Of a DNA stretch of 48,234 bases, positions 1 to 8,283 are shown one piece after another. Source of the DNA: Betaproteobacteria bacterium (GTDB taxonomy: Bacteria > Pseudomonadota > Gammaproteobacteria > Burkholderiales > SG8-41). The notes beneath the pieces are model-generated. The model made no database searches and was not told where the DNA came from. It worked only from the letters and a program-made list of their open reading frames with translations. The first letter of the stretch is position 1. Each line of letters opens with the position of its first letter. Made by a program: the position numbers and the translations under genes. The DNA lies in contig JANPOH010000542.1 in assembly GCA_031427895.1 (NCBI GenBank), positions 1 to 48,234 on the forward strand, given 5' to 3'.

Positions 1-305
1 GGTTGCACAGCAAGCCGCATGCCCATCGCCTTGAGCAACACTCGCAAACTTTTGAGTTCAGGATTGCCACGAGGCGAAAGCGTCCGGTACAAGGACGTAG
101 CATTAAGACTCGTTGTTTGCGCCAGCTTGGGAATGCCGCCAAACGCCTCGGCCATGCGGCGCAGTGCAAGCAGCAGCTCCTGCTGATCGCCATCTTCGAG
201 TACGGCATTGAGATATTCCGCCGCGAACTCGGGATCGTCGCGAAAGCTCGCTATCGTCGCTTCTTCATGGATGCGATAGGGTAATGTTTTTTGCCTGGCT
301 TTCAT
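1..305 (-). CDS. HigA-like addiction-module antidote / HTH DNA-binding protein (3' end cut by window edge)
   Basis: Not in the ORF track because it runs off the window. Manual minus-strand translation from ATG 305-303 gives MKARQKTLPYRIHEEATIASFRDDPEFAAEYLNAVLEDGDQQELLLALRRMAEAFGGIPKLAQTTSLNATSLYRTLSPRGNPELKSLRVLLKAMGMRLAVQ. This fits the antidote-protein pattern (YL...LEDGD...AL..IA.A.G...LA..T.L...SLYR.LS..GNP......VL.A.G..L). GGAG lies about 8 nt upstream of the ATG. Confidence 0.7.
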   Translation of the reverse strand, partial: MKARQKTLPYRIHEEATIASFRDDPEFAAEYLNAVLEDGDQQELLLALRRMAEAFGGIPKLAQTTSLNATSLYRTLSPRGNPELKSLRVLLKAMGMRLAVQ

Positions 306-348
306 GACAATCTCCGTTGGTAATCTTCCCAACACTTCACCATGCGTA

Positions 349-663
349 TCATGGAAACCGCATCCGCTGATGGACGACTCTTGAAATCAGGACGTTGTCC
401 CCGCTCACTCGATACACAATCGTAAACGGAAAACGCGTTAGCACCAATTCCCGATGCGAAGTAGTCACGCGACGCTTACCCAACAACGGGTCGGACTCAA
501 GCAGAGACGCACGCTGCCTGATGTGGGCGATTACCGCGTCTGCGGCAGACTGATTGTCTCTCGCAATGTAGTCTTCAATGTCCAGCAGGTCGTGAGCCGA
601 CCGCCGCGACCACTCAAGCCGCTTTTTTTGCTTTGCCGACACGCTTGGCTCGCTGTTTTGCAA
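349..663 (-). CDS. parE: type II toxin, ParE/RelE family
   Basis: ORF track 349..663 (TTG start; alternative in-frame GTG at 642). The product RLEWSRRSAHDLLDIEDYIARDNQSAADAVIAHIRQRASLLESDPLLGKRR..RELVLTRFPFTIVYRVSGDNVLISRVVHQR has the ParE plasmid-stabilisation pattern. Its 5' end overlaps the upstream RHH gene, as is usual for TA pairs. Confidence 0.8.
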   Translation of the reverse strand: MQNSEPSVSAKQKKRLEWSRRSAHDLLDIEDYIARDNQSAADAVIAHIRQRASLLESDPLLGKRRVTTSHRELVLTRFPFTIVYRVSGDNVLISRVVHQRMRFP

Positions 664-871
664 CGGCAGCGAAAACCTGTTCAGTCGTCATCAACCGACC
701 GACCGCTATATCCGCATCACCTACTGCAATCGCACGCTCTTTCCATTCAAGGTACTGTAAATGCTCCGCGATGGCCTTGCGCGCAATCGTGGAAGGCGCG
801 ATACCTTGATCAATCGAAGCTCGTTCGAGGCGAGCGGCGAGCGGTTTGGGCAGCTTGACGATGTCGTTCAT
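614..871 (-). CDS. ribbon-helix-helix (CopG/ParD-like) antitoxin
   Basis: Lies inside ORF 614..1048. Start placed at ATG 871-869 (MNDIVKLPKPLAARLERASIDQGIAPSTIARKAIAEHLQYLEW...) because GGAGGAG lies 6 nt upstream. The longer N-terminus is only the read-through of a REP-like palindrome. RHH-like beta-strand plus two helices, positioned directly upstream of parE. Confidence 0.75.
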   Translation of the reverse strand: MNDIVKLPKPLAARLERASIDQGIAPSTIARKAIAEHLQYLEWKERAIAVGDADIAVGRLMTTEQVFAAVAKQRAKRVGKAKKAA

Positions 872-959
872 GTCTTTCTCCTCCGTAGGCTTCGCGATCA
901 TTTTAGCAGGTAGCGCTGAGAGAAATCGAAGAGATACCCCTCTCGACACTGCGTTATGG

Positions 960-979
960 ATTCCCGCCTGCGCGGGAAT
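960..979. repeat. REP-like palindromic unit ATTCCCGC-CTGC-GCGGGAAT
   Basis: Perfect 8-bp stem with a 4-nt loop, seen directly. Its spurious translations (PAQAGIH / RLRGNDG) are typical of a palindromic repeat that I recall from many proteobacterial intergenic regions. Single copy in this window. Confidence 0.5.
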
Positions 980-1054
980 GACGGGTGGAGATATCCCGAA
1001 TCCTCGGTCGATGCGGCGACAAAAGCACGGCTCGCACTTCGCGCGCATCTAACC

Positions 1055-1075
1055 TTCACTTCACCCTCATTTCAC
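1055..1075. repeat. TTCAC-rich short repeat (TTCACTTCACCCTCATTTCAC)
   Basis: Three TTCAC units at 1055, 1060 and 1071, overlapping the stop codon of the NHL gene. Shares the 12-mer TTCACCCTCATT with the phased repeat at 11190-11229. Confidence 0.6.
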
Positions 1076-2039
1076 CTTCCTCAGCTTCTGCAACGACCGC
1101 AAGTCAGCCGGTATCGGCTCATCCGGATGCGTAGCAGGCCAATCGGTAAAACTCACCTCGCCCACGTAAATATCGCCGTGCCGGTCGAGCGCCACGCCGT
1201 GCGGGGCGATGAATTTGCCGGTGACGTTGCCGGGGCCGTCCTGCCCGCCGAGGCGCGAGAGCACCGCGCCTTTTTTATCAACGATGCTGATGCGCGGGCC
1301 GATGTTCGGATGCAAGCGGTTGACGCGCGCGCCGGAGCCGAGTTCGCCGATGATGAATTCCGGCTGCGCGCCCGGACTCCCCAGATTGCAGAACAGGCCG
1401 CACGGCCGGTGCATGTTGTTCCACTGCGCTTCGTATTTGCCATTACCATCGAACACCTGCACGCGGTGGTTTTCGCGGTCGGCTACATACACCCAGCCGT
1501 CGCGGTCGGTGACGATGTTATGCACGATGTTGAACTGGCCGGGGTCGGTGCCCGGCTCGCCCCATGATTTGATCAGTTTACCGTCGGGCGAGTATTTGTG
1601 CACCTTGGCGTTGCCGTAACCATCCGACACATAGATGTCGCCGGTGGGTGACAGCGCGGTGTGCGTGCAGCGGTGAAACGGCAGTCCGCTCATATACGGC
1701 GTGGGTTTGCCGGGGGTGCCGATCTCCATGAGGATTTTGCCCATCGTCGTGCATTTGCGCACCACGTGGCCGCCGTCGTCGGTGAGGTACAGCGTGTCGT
1801 CGGCGTCTATGTGCAGGCCGTGCGCGCGCGGGTACTGGCCTTCGCCCCACGAGCGCAAAAAAATTGCCGTCGCGATCAAACACCATCATCGGATGTTCGC
1901 CGCGGTTGAACACGTAGACTTGATCTTTGCTGTCGGTGGCGACCGCGCCTACGTCCTTGAACGACCAGCCGTCGGGCAACTTGGCCCAGTTGTCGATGAC
2001 TTCGTAACGGTATTCTCCACTGCCGAGAATGACTGACAT
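1067..2039 (-). pseudogene. NHL-repeat beta-propeller protein (peptidyl-alpha-hydroxyglycine lyase-like), interrupted by a +1 frameshift in a homopolymer
   Basis: The N-terminal part sits in ORF 1578..2039 (MSVILGSGEYRYEVIDNWAKLPDGWSFKDVGAVATDSKDQVYVFNRGEHPMMVFDRDGNF). The rest sits in ORF 1067..1879 (FLRSWGEGQYPRAHGLHIDADDTLYLTDDGGH...YVADRENHRVQVFDGNGKY...). The two frames join at the A7 run at 1857-1863. Removing one base restores DGNFLRSWGEGQ. RBS AGGGAGAG precedes ATG 2039. Confidence 0.8.
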
Positions 2040-2169
2040 AGCGCTCTCCCTGTTGATTGATGCGGACGCACTGGTGCGTTGGTTCTTTGCATTGTAACGA
2101 ACTCAGGCTACAGTCCTGCCATGCAAAATGCGTGACGAGCACCTGCTGCCACCATTTGTTGAGTTATCA

Positions 2170-2185
2170 TAAGTATTTGATTTTA
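2170..2185 (+). repeat. AT-rich dispersed repeat copy (core TAAGTATTTGTTTTTA)
   Basis: TAAGTATTTGATTTTA, 1 mismatch to the core. Followed by the T-rich tail TTGACTTTTTTATAATTTAATTTCCCGGA. Lies in the divergent spacer, 42 nt upstream of the Bug gene ATG at 2228. Confidence 0.85.
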
Positions 2186-2227
2186 TTGACTTTTTTATAA
2201 TTTAATTTCCCGGATACATTCTACCCA

Positions 2228-3199
2228 ATGAAAACCGCCTTCAGTGCTTCGATCAAAACGTTGTGCAGCGTCGCGTGGCTGCTGGTGATGGGAAACGCGC
2301 TCGCGCAAACCTTCCCTGCCAAAGCCATACGCATCATCGTGCCGGCGGCGCCGGGTGGCGGCACGGATATTCTGTCGCGGCTGTTGAGCGCGAAGCTGAC
2401 TGAAAACCTCGGGCAAACCATGATTATCGAAAATCGCGCCGGGGCTTCCACCAATATCGGCACGGAGTTGGTGGCGCGCGCCGCACCGGATGGTTACACC
2501 GTGTTGATGGCCACCACGCCGCACGCGATCAATCCGAGCCTGTTTGCCAAGCTCAACTTCGATCCGGTGCGTGATTTCACCATGATCAGCCAATTGGCGT
2601 TGACGCAGAACGTGCTGCTCACGCATCCGTCACTGCCGGTAAGTAACGTGAAAGAATTTGTAGCGCTGGCGAAAACGCGCCCAGGCCAACTGACGGCCGG
2701 CACCTCCGGCGGCACATCGGCATTTCTCGCGGTTGAAATGTTGCGCTCGGCGGCGAAGATTGACGTGCTCAATATCCCCTACAAAGGCGCGGGGCTGGCG
2801 TTGAACGACATTATCGCGGGCCATTTGCAGTTTCAGGTGAACACCACGCTCGCCACGATACAGTTTATCCAGTCAGGCAAACTGCGCGCCATCGCCACCT
2901 GCGGCGCGAAACGCACCACCACGTTGCCGCAAGTACCGACCGTCGCCGAAACTATTCCGGGTTTTGAATCCAGCGGCTGGTATGCGCTGATGGGGCCGGC
3001 CGGCATGCCGCGCGACGTGGTGCTTAAACTGCACGCGGCGTTCAGCAAATCGATACAGTCACCCGATATCGCGCGGCGCCTGACAGAGCAAGGCGTTGAC
3101 ATCGTTGCGGGTTCGCCCGATGAGCTGACCCGCCTGATGCCGCTGGAAATCAATAAATGGGCGGCGGCGGTAAAAGCGTCGGGCGCGAAAGGTAACTAA
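2228..3199 (+). CDS. Bug/TctC-family tripartite tricarboxylate transporter substrate-binding protein
   Basis: ORF track. Signal peptide followed by FPAKAIRIIVPAAPGGGTDILSRLLSAKL...GYTVLMATTP...NIPYKGAGLALNDIIAGHLQF...GWYALMGPAGMP...EINKWAAAVKASGAK, the hallmark Bug/TctC pattern. Confidence 0.9.
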   Translation: MKTAFSASIKTLCSVAWLLVMGNALAQTFPAKAIRIIVPAAPGGGTDILSRLLSAKLTENLGQTMIIENRAGASTNIGTELVARAAPDGYTVLMATTPHAINPSLFAKLNFDPVRDFTMISQLALTQNVLLTHPSLPVSNVKEFVALAKTRPGQLTAGTSGGTSAFLAVEMLRSAAKIDVLNIPYKGAGLALNDIIAGHLQFQVNTTLATIQFIQSGKLRAIATCGAKRTTTLPQVPTVAETIPGFESSGWYALMGPAGMPRDVVLKLHAAFSKSIQSPDIARRLTEQGVDIVAGSPDELTRLMPLEINKWAAAVKASGAKGN

Positions 3200-3205
3200 C
3201 GGGAA

Positions 3206-3697
3206 CTAAAACGTCTGGTATTTCGCCGTCGCCAACAGGCGTGTTATCTCTGTTTTCAGAGCTGCCACATCGTCGTCGGTGAGCGGCTGCAACGGTGCCT
3301 GCGCCTTGAACGCCTGCGCGGTGAGCGGCAACGCAAGATACTGCCCATAGGGTTGCAACGTCGCGCTGCGCGCGCGGCCATACAAATGCACATGCAACTC
3401 ATGGCGCCAGTTGCCGTTATCCTGATAGTTGATTCTGCCGATGTCGATGCCGCGTTGGGTAAGCACGGTTTTCATCGCCGCGCCCGCCACCATGGTCAGC
3501 TTCATCAACTCCACGGCGCGTTCACGATCAAGCTGCGTGCGATCTTCCACCGCCACCCTGGGATTGATAATCAAATGCCCGCCGTCGCCGCGCGATACAT
3601 GCGGATGCTCCGGTGTAAGAATGGTGAAATGTTGCGATTCAACGATAAGCATATTATTTGCGCCGTTGCGGCATTGCGTATCAATCGGATTAATCAT
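3206..3697 (-). CDS. HIT-like domain protein
   Basis: ORF track, ATG start 3 nt after the BNR gene stop. ...MLIVESQHFTILTPEHPHVSRGDGGHLIINPR...GRINYQDNGNWRHELHVHLYGR resembles HIT-family hydrolases, but the histidine triad is imperfect (H-E-L-H-V-H). Confidence 0.55.
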   Translation of the reverse strand: MINPIDTQCRNGANNMLIVESQHFTILTPEHPHVSRGDGGHLIINPRVAVEDRTQLDRERAVELMKLTMVAGAAMKTVLTQRGIDIGRINYQDNGNWRHELHVHLYGRARSATLQPYGQYLALPLTAQAFKAQAPLQPLTDDDVAALKTEITRLLATAKYQTF

Positions 3698-3700
3698 GCG

Positions 3701-4798
3701 CTAACTGCACGCCACCGCGTAAACATCATGCACGCCGGGCGGCAGGCGATATTCACTCCACGAGGTGCCCGCGTCCTGCGTGCCGAACACCTGCCCCGCG
3801 CGCGTCACGCTGTAGACCTGCTTCGCGTCGCGCGGATGCACGCACACCGACATCAGCGTGGATTCGGCCTTGATGCCGTGATCGATGCGTTTCCAGGTCT
3901 GCGCCAAATCATCGCTGCGATACAGCGAGCCGTCCTTGCTGAACGCCGCCGGCGACAGGCACGCATACATCACGCGCGCATCGTGCGGCGACACAATCAC
4001 GTCGCGGCAGTAGGTGAGTGGTGAAAAGCGCCCGATCTCGATGTCGCGCCACGTCGCGCCGCGATCATCGCTGCGAAACACGCCCATGCGGATGGCGAGA
4101 AACGAGGTATCCGGCGCGCACGCGCTGATCGCCAGCGCGTGCGAATCAAGCATGCCTTCGCAATGGCCGCAGTGGCGGCCGCCGACATTGCTTTGATAAC
4201 GCGGCTGCTCGGCGAATTTCATCAGCGACGCCGATTTATCCGTCCACGTCTCGCCGCCGTCGGCGCTGTGGATCACGCCGCTGACTTCGAGCGCGGCGTA
4301 GACGTCGTCGGGCCGGTTTGGATCGGCGGTGATGCGTATGGTGCGCGTATCAAACCCTTCGCGCTCGCAATGCGCGGGCGATTTTGCGTTCGGCAGGCGG
4401 TGCCAGTTGTCGCCGCCATCAAGGCTGCGATACAGCGCCACCGGCGCGGTGCCCGCGTACAAAATGTTGTGCCGCGTGGGGTGTATCGAGAGGGTCCAGA
4501 TCGCCGCGTCGCGATCCGGAAAGCCGAGTTTCTCCCAATGGTCGCCGCCGTCGATGCTGCGGTACGGGCCATCCTGCGTGCCGATGTAAATCACCTCCGG
4601 GTTGGTCGGGTGAACCACCATCGCGCGCACGTCGGCGTTTTCCGGCAAGCCGTTGGTGAGGGATTCCCATTCGTTACCACTGCCACCGCCCGCCTCCTGC
4701 GGATAGCGCCGGTATAAACCGCCAATCACTTTGGCGCCCGTTCTCAACACCGAATACCCCGCGCCCGCGAACAGGCGCGTCTTGTTTCCGGTTGCCAT
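3701..4798 (-). CDS. BNR/Asp-box repeat beta-propeller protein
   Basis: ORF track. Six S/T-x-D-x-G-x-(T/H)-W Asp-boxes: SIDGGDHW, SLDGGDNW, SADGGETW, SDDRGATW, SDDLAQTW, TQDAGTSW. Confidence 0.8.
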   Translation of the reverse strand: MATGNKTRLFAGAGYSVLRTGAKVIGGLYRRYPQEAGGGSGNEWESLTNGLPENADVRAMVVHPTNPEVIYIGTQDGPYRSIDGGDHWEKLGFPDRDAAIWTLSIHPTRHNILYAGTAPVALYRSLDGGDNWHRLPNAKSPAHCEREGFDTRTIRITADPNRPDDVYAALEVSGVIHSADGGETWTDKSASLMKFAEQPRYQSNVGGRHCGHCEGMLDSHALAISACAPDTSFLAIRMGVFRSDDRGATWRDIEIGRFSPLTYCRDVIVSPHDARVMYACLSPAAFSKDGSLYRSDDLAQTWKRIDHGIKAESTLMSVCVHPRDAKQVYSVTRAGQVFGTQDAGTSWSEYRLPPGVHDVYAVACS

Positions 4799-4818
4799 AT
4801 ATACGCCCCAATGTTTCG

Positions 4819-4834
4819 TAAGTATTTGTTTTTA
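4819..4834 (+). repeat. AT-rich dispersed repeat copy (core TAAGTATTTGTTTTTA)
   Basis: Exact 16-mer, followed by CTGTGTTTTTTAAAATGCC. Fills the 45-nt spacer between the Bug gene stop (4844) and the BNR gene start (4798), antisense to both. Confidence 0.9.
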
Positions 4835-4843
4835 CTGTGTTTT

Positions 4844-5842
4844 TTAAAATGCCTTAATGCCTTGCCGCTGTATCAACGGCTGCCATTTCTTTTTTTCAGC
4901 GACGAGATATGCCGTCAATTGCGCCGGCTCGCCACCCGCGATATTAATGCCGGATTGCGACACTGCTTTGCGGTACTCAGGTTCCTGAAAGATGGCGTTG
5001 ATGTCGCGATTGACCGCAGCAATGATTTGCGCGGGCGTGCCCGCCGCCACGAACACGCCATGCGGCACGCCGGAATAAAAATTCGCGATGCCGCCTTCGT
5101 CGAACGTCGGCACCTCCGGCAACGCCGCGGCGCGCGACTTGCTCGCAATGCCGAGACCGCGCGCGCGCCCGCCGCGTATGTGACCCAGTGCCGATGCGCC
5201 GTTGTCGAACAGCATCTGAATTTCGTCGCCCAGCATTGCCACGATCGCGGGGGCCGCGCCCTTGTAGGGCACATGTACGATGTCGATGCCGACCACGCTC
5301 TTGAATAACTCCCCCGCCAGATGCAGCGATGTGCCCTGCCCGCCGGAACCGAAATTCACCTTGCCCGGCTGCGCTTTGGCGTGCGCGATGAGTTCGGATA
5401 ACTTCGTCGCGCGAAACGCCGCGCTGACCAGCAGAATGTGCGGCGTATCGCTCACCAGTATCACCGGCGCGAAATCGCGCTCCGCGTTAAACGGCAGCGA
5501 CGCGTAGAGCAGCGGGTTGGTCACCAATATCGGCAGCGAGGCGAAAAACAGCGTGTAACCGTCACGCTCGCTGTTGGCCACCGCCTGCGCCGCCGAATTG
5601 CCCGCGCCGCCCGCGATGTTATGCACGATAACCGGCTGTTTCCAGCGGTTATTCAGGCGCTCCGCCAGCCGCCGCGCGGCGAGGTCGGCGCCGCCTCCCG
5701 CGGCAAAAGGCGCGATGAGGCGCACCGGGCGCACGGGATAGTCCTGCGCGCTTGAAATCGCGGCATAACCGAGCACCGCCCCCGCCAGCAAACTTGTCGC
5801 TATGCGTTTTCGTTTTCGTTGATGCGCGCCTGCTGACAACAT
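4844..5842 (-). CDS. Bug/TctC-family substrate-binding protein
   Basis: ORF track 4844..5869 (TTG). ATG at 5842 is preferred because AGAGGAG lies about 8 nt upstream. ...YPVRPVRLIAPFAAGGGADLAARRLAERL...GYTLFFASLP...HVPYKGAAPAIVAMLGDEIQM...AEKKKWQPLIQRQGIKAF. Confidence 0.9.
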   Translation of the reverse strand: MLSAGAHQRKRKRIATSLLAGAVLGYAAISSAQDYPVRPVRLIAPFAAGGGADLAARRLAERLNNRWKQPVIVHNIAGGAGNSAAQAVANSERDGYTLFFASLPILVTNPLLYASLPFNAERDFAPVILVSDTPHILLVSAAFRATKLSELIAHAKAQPGKVNFGSGGQGTSLHLAGELFKSVVGIDIVHVPYKGAAPAIVAMLGDEIQMLFDNGASALGHIRGGRARGLGIASKSRAAALPEVPTFDEGGIANFYSGVPHGVFVAAGTPAQIIAAVNRDINAIFQEPEYRKAVSQSGINIAGGEPAQLTAYLVAEKKKWQPLIQRQGIKAF

Positions 5843-5944
5843 CGGCTGTGCTCCTCTGGATTTTCTCAACCCGCAGGGTAAGCAGCCAGCGCCACCCGGT
5901 CAAGCCGCAGCCGAGAGCGCGGCGCATCGAAGCCTCGGCGTACA

Positions 5945-6667
5945 ATGCCGCGCATGCCCAAAACCATACGCGCCATCACTTTTGACCTCGACGACACGCT
6001 GTGGCCATCCGCGCCTACGCTGGTGCGCGCGGAGCAACGCGCCCATGCGTGGCTTGCTGAACACGCGCCCGCCGTCGCCGCCCCGTGGCCGATAGACAAG
6101 CTGCGCGAACTGCGGCTGTCGATCTACCGCCAGCACCCCGAGCTGCATCACGATTTTCTGCGGATACGGCGCATGGCCATGCACGCGGCGTTCGAGCAGG
6201 CGGGTTTAACCGGCACGGCGGCGGCTGAACTGATCGAGCGTGTGCTCGAGGTATTCATGACCGCGCGCAATGAGGTCGATCTCTACCCCGATGTGCGCGA
6301 CAGCCTCGCGCGGCTCGCGCGCCGCCTGCCGCTGGCCTCGCTCACCAACGGCAACGCCGATATCGCGCGCGTCGGCATCGGCCATTTTTTCAGGGCCGCG
6401 ATATCCGCGCACGCGCATGGCGTGAGCAAACCCGACCCGGCGCTATTTCACATCGCCTGCCGCGCGTTGGGGTTTGCACCCGATGAAGTCCTGCATGTCG
6501 GCGACGACATGACGCTCGACGTGCGCGGCGCGCGGGATGCGGGCATGCAGACGCTGTGGATCAATCGCACGGCGGCTGCCTGGGAAGGCGGCGACACGCC
6601 CAATACCGTGAATGATTTGCCGGGAGTGGAGCGCTGGCTGGGGACCAACGCAAGAATACTCGTGTAG
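5945..6667 (+). CDS. HAD-superfamily hydrolase (subfamily IA-like)
   Basis: ORF track. Motif I ITFDLDDTLW, motif with SLTNGN, C-terminal HVGDDMTLDVRGARDAGM. Confidence 0.85.
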   Translation: MPRMPKTIRAITFDLDDTLWPSAPTLVRAEQRAHAWLAEHAPAVAAPWPIDKLRELRLSIYRQHPELHHDFLRIRRMAMHAAFEQAGLTGTAAAELIERVLEVFMTARNEVDLYPDVRDSLARLARRLPLASLTNGNADIARVGIGHFFRAAISAHAHGVSKPDPALFHIACRALGFAPDEVLHVGDDMTLDVRGARDAGMQTLWINRTAAAWEGGDTPNTVNDLPGVERWLGTNARILV

Positions 6668-6699
6668 CATAGACGGGAAACCCGCTTACCGGAGATCCC

Positions 6700-8229
6700 G
6701 TGTCCCATTCCCCCCTTATCCGAAATGCGATATGCCGCCGCACGGCAGGCGCCGTAATGGTCTTGCTGGCCTTGCTGGCGCTCGCACCCATGACCAGCGC
6801 CGCGCAGCCGTCCGCGCGTGGCGAAGCGCGGGCGCAGCTCGTGGCGCTGGCGCTGGCCGGCAAAGTCGCCGATATCGAGCACGCGATGCAAAGCGCCCAA
6901 GAGGCGTTTGAGCGCGATCCAACAGAGATTCACCGCATTGGCGGGCTGCTCGACGGTATCGAGGACAAACGCCTGCCGTTTTACGACATCGAGCGACAGC
7001 TCGATCAATGGGTTGCACGCGCGCCGAAATCCTACGCCGCGCGTCTGCTGCGCGGGCATTATCTGGGCGTTGCCGCCGGACGCGCGCGCGGCACGGCCTG
7101 GGCGCGAAAAACCAGCGAAGCCCAATTCGCCAAAATGCGCGAACTGCACGCGCGCTCTCGCACCGATCTGCAGGCGGCCATCGAAACCGCCCGCGTGCCC
7201 CTGCACGCGCGCGTGCGCCTGATGTGGAACGCGCTAGTGGGTGGTCAACGCCAGTTGTTTCGCGAGCAATACGAATTGGCGCTGGCGCACTCGCCAGGCA
7301 ACCTCAGGCTGCGACGGGTCTGGATGGCCTCGCTGGAGCCGCGCTGGGGTGGTAGCCATGAGGCGATGGATCGCTACGCCGCCGAAAGCGCCACCGCATT
7401 GACGCCGGCGCAAGCCGCCGAATTAAAGGCGGCGTCGCTAAGCGATCAAGCCTCCATGCTCAACAGCGCGCAACAATACGACGAAGCGGTGCAAAAATGG
7501 AGCGCAGCGCTCCTGATCTCGAATAGCGCCTCGTTTTACTCGTCGCGCGCCGAACCGCTGGCACGGCTGGGCCGCGTACAGGAAGCGCTCGATGATCTGC
7601 AAACGGCGTTCAAGAGCGATGATTTTATTCTCACGCACGCAGCGCACGCGCTGACGATCATCGGACGCAAGCACCCGCAGCTTGCGGGGGTTCATGATCT
7701 GATGGAAAAGGCGCTGCAACAGCATCCCGACGAGGCCGACCTGCTCAATCTGCGCGGGTTCCGCTTGCAGCAAAGCGGCGACCAGCGGCGCGCGTATCAG
7801 GACTATCGCGCGGCGGCTGAAACCGGAGACGCTTGGGCGGAAACCATGGTCGGCAAATTTCTTTTTAACGGTTTCGGCGGCGTGCCGGTCAACCGGGAAG
7901 AAGGCTTGATCTGGTTAAAACGCGCAGCCGCCAAAGGCGAATCGAATGCCCAGTTAAGCGTGGTGCAGGCGCTGGAGGCCATGGGGCGGCAAGGCGAAAT
8001 CGCCGCCGCACGCGCCGAATTCCAGCAAGCCGACCAACGCACCTTCGGTGAAAAAGTGTCCGCGCAATCACGCGAAGCGTTCGCCGATCCCAAGGAATAT
8101 CTGCTGCGTAAGGCCGCCACGCTATGGGCGGAACACGGCATCTATCTTGTTCTATACGTTCTGGTGCTTGCCTTGGGCATGTTGATCGTAACTCGAAAGA
8201 AGAAACCGCCCCCTGACGCCGCTGCTTGA
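6700..8229 (+). CDS. TPR/Sel1-repeat protein with N-terminal signal peptide and C-terminal membrane anchor
   Basis: ORF track (GTG start). Signal-like RRTAGAVMVLLALLALAPMTSAAQP. Sel1-type repeat GDAWAETMVGKFLFNGFGGVPVNREEGLIWLKRAAAKGESNAQ. Hydrophobic C-terminal helix GIYLVLYVLVLALGMLIV followed by TRKKKPPP. Confidence 0.7.
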   Translation: MSHSPLIRNAICRRTAGAVMVLLALLALAPMTSAAQPSARGEARAQLVALALAGKVADIEHAMQSAQEAFERDPTEIHRIGGLLDGIEDKRLPFYDIERQLDQWVARAPKSYAARLLRGHYLGVAAGRARGTAWARKTSEAQFAKMRELHARSRTDLQAAIETARVPLHARVRLMWNALVGGQRQLFREQYELALAHSPGNLRLRRVWMASLEPRWGGSHEAMDRYAAESATALTPAQAAELKAASLSDQASMLNSAQQYDEAVQKWSAALLISNSASFYSSRAEPLARLGRVQEALDDLQTAFKSDDFILTHAAHALTIIGRKHPQLAGVHDLMEKALQQHPDEADLLNLRGFRLQQSGDQRRAYQDYRAAAETGDAWAETMVGKFLFNGFGGVPVNREEGLIWLKRAAAKGESNAQLSVVQALEAMGRQGEIAAARAEFQQADQRTFGEKVSAQSREAFADPKEYLLRKAATLWAEHGIYLVLYVLVLALGMLIVTRKKKPPPDAAA

Positions 8230-8283
8230 GCCTTCTGTGTTTCCCTGCACCCAAAAATATCTGCCCAGCCCGCCGCCGCGGGG

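Noticed and set aside
101-114. Exact 14-nt match CATTAAGACTCGTT at 101-114 and 24838-24851.
   Set aside because: A handful of 14-mer coincidences are expected by chance among all position pairs on both strands of a 48-kb window. The flanks do not extend the match.
3-284. Plus-strand ORF 3..284 (93 aa) at the left edge.
   Set aside because: The opposite strand encodes a clear HigA-like antidote protein with an RBS. The plus-strand product has no family resemblance.
8230-8283. Imperfect hairpin AGCCCGC-CGCC-GCGGGGCT between the convergent Sel1-repeat and HAD genes, considered as a terminator.
   Set aside because: The stem has a bulge, and no U-tract adjoins it on either strand.
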